64,000 bases of DNA. It comes from Eledone cirrhosa (lineage: Eukaryota). This document shows, in pieces, positions 52,351 to 64,000 of this stretch. Position numbers and translations under genes: made by a program. Numbering within the stretch: position 1 is the first letter of the stretch; each line of letters starts with the position of its first letter. The DNA is taken from contig OZ024757.1 of assembly GCA_964016885.1 (NCBI GenBank), positions 38,502,001 through 38,566,000 of the forward strand. The letters are read 5' to 3'. The notes beneath the pieces were generated by a model. The model did no database searches, was not told where the DNA came from, and was given only the letters and a program-made list of their open reading frames with translations.

Positions 52351-54039
52351 TCTAACCACATTCACATGCCCATAGTATCAGAGAGTTTTGTTAAACATTT
52401 ACTTAGCCAAAAATGATGTTTGACGTAGAGAAAGATATACACAGCAGAACTGAATTGTAGCATAACAAAATATAAGTATTATATATTGATTTTTCTCATG
52501 ATTATCAAGTCTACATTCTTGAACGTTTCAACGATGCTATTTTCATGTTCCAATAGAGCTTGGAAGCACGCAAACGATTTGCAATTAAACTTACATTTAT
52601 GAGGGCAAACGAAAAACATTATTATAACACATTTTTTTTTTTTAAATCACAGTCTTAAGAAGAAACTAAGAGAAAATATAGCGCAATGCAACAATTTACG
52701 ATAGATAGTTATACTTTCTTTATCTTAGACAGCAATGTATGAGATAGATTGCTAACGTTGAAATTACGTCGGCGAGAAAGAGAATGTCTACTCAAAAGGA
52801 GAGCGAAAGAAATAGCGAGGGGAGGAGGGGTGGAGAAGGAGTGAAGGGTAAAGAAATGATAAGACAATTGCATCATTATATGATTCTCTTTTATTTATTT
52901 CCATTTGTGAATTCAGCCATTAATTGTTCTTACGTTATATACACACACACACATGTATATATATATCATTGGGGTTATATATATATGTACATATATATGT
53001 ATGCATATATATGTGTGTATATACATATATATACATGTGTATATATATATATAATGTATATATATAATGTATATATATATACATATATGTATATATATAT
53101 ATAATGTATATATACATATATGTATATATATATAATGTATAATATATGTATATATAATGTATATATATATATAATATATAATGTATATATATATATATAT
53201 ACATATATGTATATATATGTACATGTATACATGTATATACATGTATACATGTACATACATATATATATATACATGTACATACATATATATATATATGTAT
53301 ATATGTACATATACATGTATATATATGTGTATGTACATATATCGAGAGTTGTGTGTGTGTATGTATATATATAATTCTAATAAAGTAATAAAAATAAAAC
53401 AATATCAATAGTAATAATAATGATAATAATCATTATTATTATTATTATTATTACATACATGTCTGTATGCTCAATGTTATATTACCAGCCTCTGTACTTA
53501 AAAGCTACTATTCGTCGCCAATTTTACACCAAGGTCATCCTAATAACTGTTACTTTCCTTGACTTTTATTCGGTTATCTTCAATATCTGTGATTAATATT
53601 ATTTTAATCTTATCTGAAGAAACACTGCTTTACGTAGTTTAAAACAATTGCATACTTTTATAGCCAAAAAAAAAAAAAAAAAAACACCTCAGAAAATTTA
53701 ATGAAATACAATAAAATAAAACGAAGCAAAGAAAAAAGTATTCTTTCGTAGATGTTTCCGTCAGAAATATTCCGCCCACGTCTAATAATGGTCAATTAAT
53801 TTTTATTGCATTCCTGAGGAAACAGAATTTTTTTTTTCAGGTTATTTAAGTGTGAAGTATACATTCATTATATATTCATTGTAGATTTCAACATGAGAAT
53901 CTTCATCATGTCATCTTGTACTACATCACTGATATTCCTATCAGGATGCTGTTAGTCATATTGTTGCTGGCAACTGTAATATATATGATATATATCGTTG
54001 CTTTTATAGAAGTTCATCGTGACCTTAACATAACTGTAG

Positions 54040-54079
<40 letters not shown>

Positions 54080-54126
54080 TTCCATCCAAGGATGCATTGA
54101 GTTCTAACAACGTTATCAGGTGGAGC

Positions 54127-54161
<35 letters not shown>

Positions 54162-54337
54162 TGTCTTCAAGCTAGCTATAGGCTCTGCGCTATTCAGGAA
54201 AATATACCTAATTTCATAGTGTGAGCAGATAGGCGTGTAGAATACGATTTGTAATGCCCCAAAGCACTGCGAAAACACCACTGCTAGGATATATCTACAT
54301 ATATCTCTCTCTAAACCCCTCTCTCTCTCTCTCTCTC

Positions 54338-54374
<37 letters not shown>

Positions 54375-54495
54375 AAGGAACTGCTATCGTTTAAACGAAC
54401 ACACATGATATATATATATAATGGAATCGATTTAATCGACTTTCCCCACCCCCAAAACATTCTTGCCTTGTGTCTGAATAAGAAACCATTATATA

Positions 54496-54534
<39 letters not shown>

Positions 54535-54540
<6 letters not shown>

Positions 54541-54635
54541 GTCCCGCAAAAATGTATACATACATGAGCATTATTCTTATAAATATTGCCTGTACAGGTA
54601 ATGAAAATGTGTATACTTCTTTGGAAGACCCTGTA
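54535..54635. mobile_element. Tc1/mariner-type MITE
   Basis: Imperfect TIRs agggtgtcccgcaaaaatgtataca / tgtatacttctttggaagaccctg, with TA on each side. Confidence 0.6.
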
Positions 54636-54786
54636 TTTTTGATCTAACAGTAACTTCACCTTATCTGGCCATTCGACATTATCTTTTAATGTATGGAGGT
54701 TTGAGGGCCTTCCTTATGTTTCATTAAGAAGGTATCTTCAACTTATCTCAATTTTCTTAATAATCTTTTCTACTTCAGCCATAAGG

Positions 54787-55470
54787 CCATCTATTTGAAG
54801 GGGGGGGGGCGGAGTTGATGAAATCGACCCCAGTGACTTAATGGTATTTTATTTTATCGACCGCGTAAGGATGAAAGGTAACGCTAGCCTCACCAGGATT
54901 TGAACTCAATTATATTCATAATAATTGTTTCTACTTTTGGCACAAGGTCAGCAATTACCCAGTGTATTACTGGTACTTTATTTTATCGACCCCGTAAGCT
55001 TGAAATGCAAAGCTAACCCGCCGAGGTTAGCCTTACTAGGTCGAGAAAACTAAGTACCAGTAAAGGTTTCTGATTTAGGCACAAGGCCAACAATTTCGGG
55101 GAAAGTAAAAGTGAATTAGATCGACCTTAGTGTATTACTGGTATTTTATTTTACCCATCCTGTAAGGATGAAAAGCAAATCAAATCTCGGTTGGATTTGA
55201 ACCCTGAACGTAAAGATACAACATTGTATGCCGCAAACCATTTATCCGACTTTTTACAATCTCAGTAACAATAATAATAATTGTTTCTACTTTTGGCACA
55301 AGACCAGCAATAACCCAGTACATTACTGGTACTTTATTTTATCGACAACGTAAGGATGAAATGCAAAGTTTAACCTCGGCGGGATTTGAACTCAGAATGT
55401 CATGGTCCGTAACTCTATGCTGCAACACATGGCGACCGACCCTCTACCGATATTGTCAATCCACCGCCCC
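54787..55470 (-). mobile_element. Head-to-tail cluster of four OK-like SINEs with one small inverted piece
   Basis: Copies at about 54787-54910, 54921-55020, 55065-55262 and 55277-55470; plus-strand fragment at 55018-55063. Confidence 0.8.
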
Positions 55471-56096
55471 AATAATAATACTATTATTATTGTTGCTGTT
55501 ATTATTATTATTATTAACATTAATTATAGATAATATTAATAAGAAGGCCAGTATCGATAATGAGAAGACGACATGGTAGAGGAAAACCGAAGAATATTTA
55601 AACGGTATCGAGAAGAAATGGAAGACTATAAGACTATATATATATTATATATATAATATATATTTATATATATATAATATATATTTATATATATATTATA
55701 TATATATAATATATATATATATAATATATATATAATATATATTTATATATATATTATATATATATACTATATATATATAATATATATATTATATATATAT
55801 ATATTATATATTATATATATATATATATATTATATATTATATATATATATATATATTATATATTATATATATAATGTATATATATATATATATATATAAA
55901 GGCAATAAAGAATAGTGTACATAAAGATAGAATTATTTAAATATTTACTTCAGAAGCAATGACCTTTACTAAATAGGATAATGTTTATCTTTGATCTAAT
56001 GTAGCTTTTGGCATGGTACTATCTGGCATATTGGTAATATAATTACAAAACATTTATCTACAAGTAAATGAACAGCTATCATTTCTAGCTCTCCCT

Positions 56097-56297
56097 TCCC
56101 TCCATCCCATACCGTCTTTCCCTCCATCCCATACCGTCTTTCCCTCCATCCCACACCGTCTTTCCCTCCATCCCACACCGTCTTTCCCTCCATCCCACAC
56201 CGTCTTTCCCTCCATCCCACACCGTCTTTCCCTCCATCCCACACCGTCTTTCCCTCCATCCCACACCGTCTTTCCCTCCATCCCACACCGTCTTTCC
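56097..56297. repeat. 22-bp minisatellite, about 9 copies
   Basis: Unit tccctccatccca(c/t)accgtctt, period 22. Confidence 0.95.
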
Positions 56298-56762
56298 TTC
56301 CCTCATTTCCTTCTGAATCTACCCCGCCTCCACGTCCCTTGATCACTGCCCCCCCCCATTCCCCGCTAGGAGACGGTTTTATTTACAATTGCAACATAAC
56401 ACAGTTACCCCCAGTCGTCAAAACATAAGTTGTAATTTTTATTTCGTACACTTAAACAGGAACGCACATACACACACAGACATATATATGCACAGTGTCA
56501 TACACACACACTTTCGCAGACACACACTTCCACAGACACACACACTTTCGCAGACACACTCTTCCGCAGACAGACTCTTCCGCAGACAGACTTATCGATA
56601 TATTTTCATAGAGTAGGTGTGTGTGTGTATATATATATATATGAAAATCGGCCTGCCCGCCCAGCCAGTGGGATGGCGCTAGCTTATGGCTAAAACAGCA
56701 CGACGTGCTGTGACCAGCGGCGCCGAATGGACGCCCGACAGACTGGTCGGTTAAGGTGATAT

Positions 56763-56817
56763 GAAAATAGTCAGAACCCCGACGGCTGAGCTCCGGTCGT
56801 TTCCACAGCTAGGCCTA
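56763..56817 (-). mobile_element. Family B fragment
   Basis: accccgacggctgagctccggtcgtttccacagctag matches 36298-36334. Confidence 0.7.
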
Positions 56818-58548
56818 TGTATATATAAATGAAGATGTTTCGATGTAAATATATCGGCATATAAATATATATTTGATGTTGTTGATGTGCTTCGCCACGG
56901 AGTACAATATTACAGCCCGTCTATATGTCATTGGCCTGATATATATATATATATATATATACTGATATATATAATCTGTGTGTATAATAAATCAACAAGA
57001 TATCCTTTAGTCTATCGTCTATAGAGAATCGTCTGCTTAGTCTCGGTTACATAGAATATACTGCCGTATTCCATCTCAGTCTAATACCTTAAAATATTCA
57101 GGTTATATTACTGTTTTCATAGGAACATTATATCTAAAAACTAGTGGCGAGGTCACGATTGATTTCTCCTTTTTGTATGATTTAAACAGTGAAGGAGAAA
57201 TGGTGGTGCCTCAGATCTGTTGTAAGAACATTCTAGGCTTATGTATATAATATGGAATGATGCTCAGACATATTGTTTCCTGCATTGTACAACAGCACAA
57301 CAATAATATTTCAAAATCCCATTTCGGGAGACACTGCCAGAAATACAAATATTTAATTATGTCGCTCAGACTAAACTACATCGCATCTGACAAGCTTAAA
57401 CAGGACATCTGTCTAAGCAATATGGCTTATATCAGCACGAGGTGCCACAATAGAAAAGAAATCAGTGAATTTTTACTACCGGTAGATCGAACGAACAAAC
57501 TGTTGTTTGTGAAAGGAAATTTTTAACAACACAACCGAGACTTTGTTGATTTTAATTCCTCCATCATTGTGAACGCTGGTTGACTAAAGATAAAATGAAA
57601 TAACTTTGGCAACAATGAAGAGTAAAGTAATATCTAGTTTTCAATCAGTCAAAATATCTTTTGGAAATGAATCATTATTTATTCAGTATATAACCTCCAC
57701 CATCTCACTTCATGTTTCATAATTCTCTTTTCACAAATCACTTTCATCTTCAAACAGTACATCAAAACTGATCGCTTTTCTTATTCTCTTTATATCAATT
57801 ACATTCTCTATTTTGCAGTGTTTTGCCTTGGGACACAAACAACTATTATATCTGAATCTTTCTCTCTGTTAAAACTTATATATAATTCTTATATATAGTA
57901 TAATTGGTGATTACATAAATTGTTCTGAAGTGAAAATAACAACAGTAGTATAGACTAGAAAGACAGAGAAAGCTCGAATCTTCAGTACAGCTCTGTCTCT
58001 ATCTTCGTTTCTCATTTCACTGGTTTCAGTCATTAGATTAGGGAAATGATGGTGTACATACTCCGATAAAATAAAAAGGTTTAAATCACTTTCTCACATT
58101 GACATAAACACACACACACACACGCACACACATTCTCCCATTTAGTCACACATATATAAATACATATAAGCTTATGAATTAACGAGGCAGTGGTAGTGTT
58201 TGAAATGTTGTGAATTTGAAAATGTGAGAAAATTAGTTACATTACTCTAAGAGACGGAAACAAATGGAAAAAACGTACACACACACAAACACACCACACA
58301 CATATTATGTAATAAACAATTCAATATAATTATTCCATTACCCAAGTTTCTCACGGAGTTAGACGATTCTGTAGTTGATTGTGTTTATTACATACTTAAA
58401 TAGCTCCGTACTATACATAGAACACTCTTCTTTCCTTTAATATATATATACATACATACGGATGAAGAACCCAAAAGCACACACTTCGTCCGTTCCCATG
58501 TCGATTCAAATTGGATTGCCTCGGAAACATAACCTTATTATGTAACAA

Positions 58549-58622
58549 GCTGTCTGATGATGTCACGATACTCGCACACAGAACAGTGTGGCCAGTGTCG
58601 TCACTGAAATATATATCACAGC
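58549..58622 (+). ncRNA. Type I minimal hammerhead ribozyme, apparently intact
   Basis: Stem I gctgt/acagc; CTGATGA 58554-58560; stem II gt/ac, acgatact/agtgtcgt, cacac/gtgtg; GAAA 58606-58609; palindromic stem III ATATATAT; AUC triplet with C17 at 58617. Confidence 0.7.
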
Positions 58623-58812
58623 ATTATTATTAAAGGACTTGAACATCTGAAACTACTTCGCTTTTCCTTATTCGATATTTACTCCGTCACTCCTATGTGG
58701 AAAAAGTACGTTGAGTGCTTGAATTGAATTGCATCAATGTTTACCCTAAGTATACATATATATATTATAAAGAAAACGAAAAATCAGTGATGCATCTGGA
58801 CTTAGTTTATTT

Positions 58813-58903
58813 GGAGTTACAAATGTTTCGCCGGCATGTAGCTCGAGTCATGGTCCTTGTATGGATCTGGCTGATTCTACTTCTGCGGGTTCTTTCAGAC
58901 ACG
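58813..58903 (-). ncRNA. Degenerate type I hammerhead ribozyme
   Basis: Minus strand: cgtgt-CTGAAAGA-acccgca...tgccggc-GAAA-catttg-TA-actcc; one extra A in the core and mismatches in stem I. Confidence 0.4.
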
Positions 58904-58975
58904 GGTGTTATGTCCGGAATATCGAGTGCTAATTTTGGCATACCGCCTACGGAAGCACCATAGCTACTACTATAC

Positions 58976-59028
<53 letters not shown>

Positions 59029-61325
59029 ACGCGATTGCCTTCCTCTATATGTGTTTGTGTGTGTGTAACAAATTTAGAGATATTCACACATGCATATATG
59101 CATGTGTAATATATATATATATATATATAATATGTGTGTGTGTGTCTGTATGTGTACATATATGTAGGTATCTGTGGCTAGGATTGTATGGGTGCATTCT
59201 CACAAACTGTGTACGTGTGTTTCTGTTTACGATGAAGAATTAAAAATTTCTTGATACTGGAATTATAACCAGTTATCTTTTTTTCATGCCTTATTTTACC
59301 TAAGAGTTATCTAATCTTTTAATCCCCTAAATAATAGTAATAGTAATAATAATAATAATAATAATAGTAAAGAAATGAAATTCTAAACTCTGTTTCTAGT
59401 TGCTATGGAAACTTAAATATTGATTTTTAAGTGAAATTCAGGCAAATAATTGCAATTCACAATAAGCACATCACGAAGATATATTTCAGAAAGGTTTGCG
59501 TAATATGCCATATATATATATATATAAAAAATAATACAGAAATATATATATCTATACATATCTGAAATATTACAGAAACCTTTATATTTATATGTGTAAT
59601 ATATATCTATTCATTAAAACTTGCGATATCTTATGTAAATCTACATATCCCTCGTATAACTCACATGACCAAGACACGCTACATGTCACTATTACGCCTC
59701 TATGATCATTTCATTTGATACAGGTTTATAGATACATGCATTCAATAATTTATACCGTTTTAACCCAACAGGGAAACATACCTGTTACTCTTCCGATGCT
59801 CAGTTTATAGAGAACAATAAACGATTAGCAACTCATTAATGTAATTCGGTTTCATTTCGTTGGCGAATAATATTAGGCTTTTCTCTTAAGCATTTGTTAT
59901 TTCTCAGGAAAGCCATTAATCTAAACTCGTAAATATAAAGGGAAAAAACTTAAGGACGAAACGTATTATGACAACGAAATTATTACTTTACGCTTTGTAT
60001 CTTAACAACGGAGCATGTAAGATAATTTGTTGGAAGGGAAACGGTAATTATAGATTAAACTTAAGTACAATATGTGACTGATATTTGTGGTGACTACTCT
60101 AACGTGACGGACTTGTCGCAGACATGTGGTTTCCAGTTCGATTCCACAGCATGGCATCTTTGACAAACATCGTTTACCAGAGCAACTGGTTGATTCCGAA
60201 GCTTTTCCACGGAAATTAGTTACCCACATGAACATTATTTGAAAGCTCGATGGATTGAGTGTACCTGTAATTCAATAAATATTAATGTTTATATGGTTTT
60301 ACACATTGTATCACTCCGAATCTCTCCGAGAATTACGTTAAGGTTTCACGTGTCTCTAGCAATTTATTTGTGGCCTCAGCTGGAGTTTTTCGTTTTAGGA
60401 TGATTATAATTTTTTTTATTTAATACCAGTGTGTAAAACCTTTCAATTCCAATTACTTGCGTCAAAATAATCTTGATATGTAAAATTGGGTGAGCTGGCT
60501 GTTTATTTTATTTTATATTTTGTGTACGACACATTGCCATGCCTGAAGTGCCTCGGTTTAAATCACCCGAGGTCTAAATCCGTCCCTGATATATCAAATT
60601 GGGGGCGGTGGGTTGCTATGTATTCGAACGTTTTTGTATATGAGAGGGCTCCCCGAAGACATGAAATGCCTGCACGCTAATATTTAATTCCAGCCCTGAT
60701 GTCAACTACAACTTAATTACATGTACAGGCTCTTCGATTGATTTAATAACAGTAAGAGTCCTCTTTGAAACCGATGGAGGTTTATTTCATTCCGTTTTAA
60801 ACCCCCCAAGTATGAAAACAAATCTATGTTTCTGTGGCAACTTATTTGAGAATCTGACGAAATATGCCTAAATACTTTTGGTTTGAAAATCGATAAAACT
60901 GATTTGGTTTGAGTGCGCCAATTGGTATATGTTTAAAGAAGCGAGATGTAGCATCAGTATCGGTTGTGAAATGAAAATGAATTCACATGGGATTTGTAGG
61001 CGAGTCACGTTCTCAGATCATAGAAAGCTTATCTGTATTAAACAGCTCTTGGCACATGTGAAATCCATAATATAATGAAATATTATAATCTTACTGCTAT
61101 CTAATTATAATTCAAATCGAGAGAAAGGAAAATTCACAACTTTTATTTAGTAGACTATCAGTGGAATTATTTCATTTTATTTCAATACGTAGTTCAACGC
61201 AGCTTTAGGTCGGATCTCCGTCGGATGTGTTAAGGAGTGTTCCAATTGTTTGGTCAATGGAACAATCTGCTCTTCAAATTTACATGTAATTGATTGAGGA
61301 TTACACAAACGCGTGTTCACATAAA

Positions 61326-61715
61326 TCTTTAGCATTTAAATCGGCCGTATCAGGCCAGAATTCTCTCACCTCTTTCTGTTCAAACTAGCTGTAACTGGCC
61401 ACTCATACTGATGTTAAGGTATTGTTCTCAAAATAAATAATATCAAAATCTCATATATTCGATATTATGTGAGACAAAGCCTTTACCTTGAAAATAGAAT
61501 AGTATATATAGAGTAATATAAATGCTAAAGGGTTAAATCGGCCATATCCGGCCAGAATTCTCTCAACTCTTGTTCAAACTGGCTGTAACCATCCGTGATA
61601 CTGATGTTAAGGTATTGTTCTCAACATCTCAGAGATACAATATTATGCGAGATAAAAACCTTTAGCATGACAATATAATAGTATATATAGAGTAATGTGA
61701 ATGTTAAAGGGTTAA
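61326..61715. mobile_element. piggyBac-type MITE with a tandem partial duplication
   Basis: Left end ctttagcatt; right ends aatgctaaaggg-TTAA (61521-61536) and aatgttaaaggg-TTAA (to 61715); two ~180-200 bp units. Confidence 0.65.
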
Positions 61716-61810
61716 ATACGTTATCAGATTACTTCATCTTATGACATTGTGAAAAGGCTGGCCTTTTGAATTACATGTACAGTACAGCTCATGTTTTATA
61801 TATATATATA

Positions 61811-61945
61811 AGCTGAGTGGATTGATAGAACGTGGAATAATGTGTCATACTCAAGGACACAATTGGCCTCCCAGATCTGGAATCGAAATCACGATTATGC
61901 GATCGAAAGGCGGACACCCTCACATACTAATCCACACGTCTTCAC
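61811..61945 (-). mobile_element. CORE-type SINE 5' part, diverged
   Basis: agctgagtgga...tgtgtcatactcaaggacacaa...ggaatcgaaatcacga is homologous to 42940-43030. Confidence 0.55.
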
Positions 61946-62467
61946 TACGTAGCGTTAAATACTTACCTAACATAACTGCATCGCAGCGATTATTATTTAG
62001 TAGTAGTGATATATACTTGACGTTTTTTTTCTAAGGTTACAACACTCATTGTAAGTCGAATTTTGAATCACGTTATAAGCAAACCACTTGTGACAAACTC
62101 TGCAAATCTACGCCAAAGAAAATTTCATGTGAAAGAATATCAGGTATCACATCAAAGAAAGAAAATACAACAGCCATCCTCTCGGCCATTCATATTGTAT
62201 TTTACGGCTTCATTTTCAAATTTGCATTTCTTTCACTTGACAGGTAATATACACAATAATCGTATCTGTCAATCATCTTCCCAATGCAATGACATTCTAA
62301 ATTTTTACTTGCAGCACAGAATAGTTATTGCTTAAAAGTCATTCGCCTGTTTTCTTCACAGCTATCAGTTGTTATTACACCTCCTTGGTAATAAAACATG
62401 TTCATTCAAATTCGAATACCAACGGCTTAATATGTAAAACTACATAGGATTTCTATATTTGACAGAA

Positions 62468-62548
<81 letters not shown>

Positions 62549-62550
<2 letters not shown>

Positions 62551-62680
62551 AAAAGAGTCAAGATCGAACTGTTCGAATCTAGTTGTCGAAACTCTGGAGC
62601 TCAGCCGTCGGGGTCCTGATCATTTTCTATTACCCACTCTACTACCCTAAGTATCAAGTACTGCGTTTCTTACCAGAATG
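62549..62680 (+). mobile_element. Family B element
   Basis: gtcgaaac..ggagctcagccgtcggggtcctga...ctattacccactctactaccctaagtat, between (TA)n tracts. Confidence 0.7.
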
Positions 62681-62760
62681 TCTTTATATATATATATCTA
62701 CATATATATAAAATATGAGGAAACAATAGAGAAAAATATGCCTATTTTTTTAATTTTAAT

Positions 62761-62848
62761 TCTCGACTGCAGTTTCGCCGATCCGTGTGTATATTTTCTG
62801 CAATATAAATGCATCATCGCTGTGAGGTTGATATGGCTTATCAAGAAA
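62761..62848 (-). ncRNA. Type I hammerhead ribozyme with U3-A8 covariation
   Basis: Minus strand: tttc-TTGATAA-gcc...ggc-GAAA-ctgcag-TC-gaga; palindromic stem III ACTGCAGT, GUC triplet. Confidence 0.55.
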
Positions 62849-62987
62849 CTCCTCAGAAAAATGGAGTTGTTCTTCTTCGCCTACTTATTCCTGATCTGAT
62901 ACTAACCTCACCTTTTATGGCGATTTCACGTTATCGCTTAAAGCAAGAGGATTGAGGGTATTTCATTGAGCAGGTCTCATGAAGTTA

Positions 62988-63160
62988 TCTCTTCGGCTTC
63001 TTCTTCGCCCACTTATTACTGGAAGGGTCCTTGCTGCAGAATCTCCAAACATGCTTTCCAGTGGCTCCTGTTAGAAGCAACCGTCTCCAATTGTGATTGA
63101 CTGGGCATAACACGCTGAAAGGAAATTTCTGAGGTTTCTATAACCATGCCTTATCCTGGA
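62988..63160 (-). mobile_element. 3' end of RTE-clade LINE
   Basis: ttcttcgcccacttattactggaagggtc matches 52169-52195 and the 10915 copy. Confidence 0.6.
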
Positions 63161-63269
63161 ATAATTTGGAGAAGGAGGAGATGAGGAAGAATCTAGGCAT
63201 TGCTTGACCTAGATAATAGAGCAGATATATTTCTCACCTCAAATTAACAATAATACATATTGTATAACA

Positions 63270-63467
63270 TGGTAGTATCGCTAGAGCGTAGGAGACGATA
63301 CTTCGCAGCAGAGAAATTCGACCCTTTACGTTCTGAGTTCAAATTCCGTCAAGGTTAACATTGCCTTTCATCCTTACGAGGTCGATAAAATAGAACACCA
63401 GTGAGTACTGGGGCCAATTCAATCGACATTCCCTTCCCTTTTAAATTGCTGGCCTTGTGCCTAAAAC

Positions 63468-63470
<3 letters not shown>
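63270..63470 (+). mobile_element. OK-like SINE, long form
   Basis: tttacgttctgagttcaaattccgtcaagg...gtactggggccaattcaatcgacattcccttccc...gccttgtgcc. Confidence 0.8.
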
Positions 63471-63498
<28 letters not shown>

Positions 63499-64000
63499 CT
63501 AGGACACCGTAAGGTAAAAGCTGGCCTCCATATAAATCGCAAGAAAGCCAACGAATGAATTTGTTATTCATTGTTTTCAATATATGTTAGGCATGTTAAA
63601 ATTTCCATGTCAGTAATAATGGAAACAACAAACAAATCTGCTACGACCATGTATATAATTCCTGAATATTGAAATAGTTCAGTTGTTAGGGTTCAATAGA
63701 TATCGAAGTATATTTTCGAGAAATACAATCTATTCTTTCCCATAACTGCAGAGATTTGGCTGCAGCAGATTTGAGTCAGCAGTTCTTTCTAAGACACAAT
63801 GAAATATGTCAGCCGACACAATTGTTGTAAGAAATCAGCAATGTGTGGTGGTCATATAATAAAAAAAAAAGGAAGAAAAAATAATCAATAATCTTCTTTG
63901 AAATTTCGAACGCATAGTAATATTATTGGCGTTTTAAACCGGAAACATTCATTATGCTGTCCATTGTAATATTGAATAGATGGAAATGAACTGGACAGAC

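Noticed and set aside
57250-57560. Decayed mariner transposase
   Set aside because: Only faint resemblance to the WExLPHPPYSPD region across frameshifts; needs BLASTX.

Overview
This is non-coding, repeat-dominated eukaryotic DNA with no credible protein-coding gene. The SINE families resemble the OK and CORE-type SINEs of octopods, so the source is probably an Octopus genome (recognised from memory, not by database search). All long ORFs in the track are artefacts of low-complexity sequence. The window holds many microsatellites, a ~10.2 kb polypyrimidine tract with kb-scale internal repeats, about 20 tRNA-derived SINE copies, 3' fragments of CRE-clade and RTE-clade LINEs, and Tc1/mariner- and piggyBac-type MITEs. 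Several short elements beside (TA)n tracts carry type I hammerhead ribozyme (HHR) folds. Highlights: (1) an apparently intact minimal HHR at 58549-58622, plus core-variant or degenerate HHRs at 4564-4612, 17975-18025, 35773-35815, 58813-58903 and 62761-62848; (2) several unrelated fold-back elements whose hairpin apex lies just upstream of the HHR GAAA/stem III, as expected for Penelope-like or retrozyme ends; (3) a 27 x 28 bp array amplified from the Pol III B-box inside a single SINE; (4) a strong recursive-splice-site motif at 51-79.
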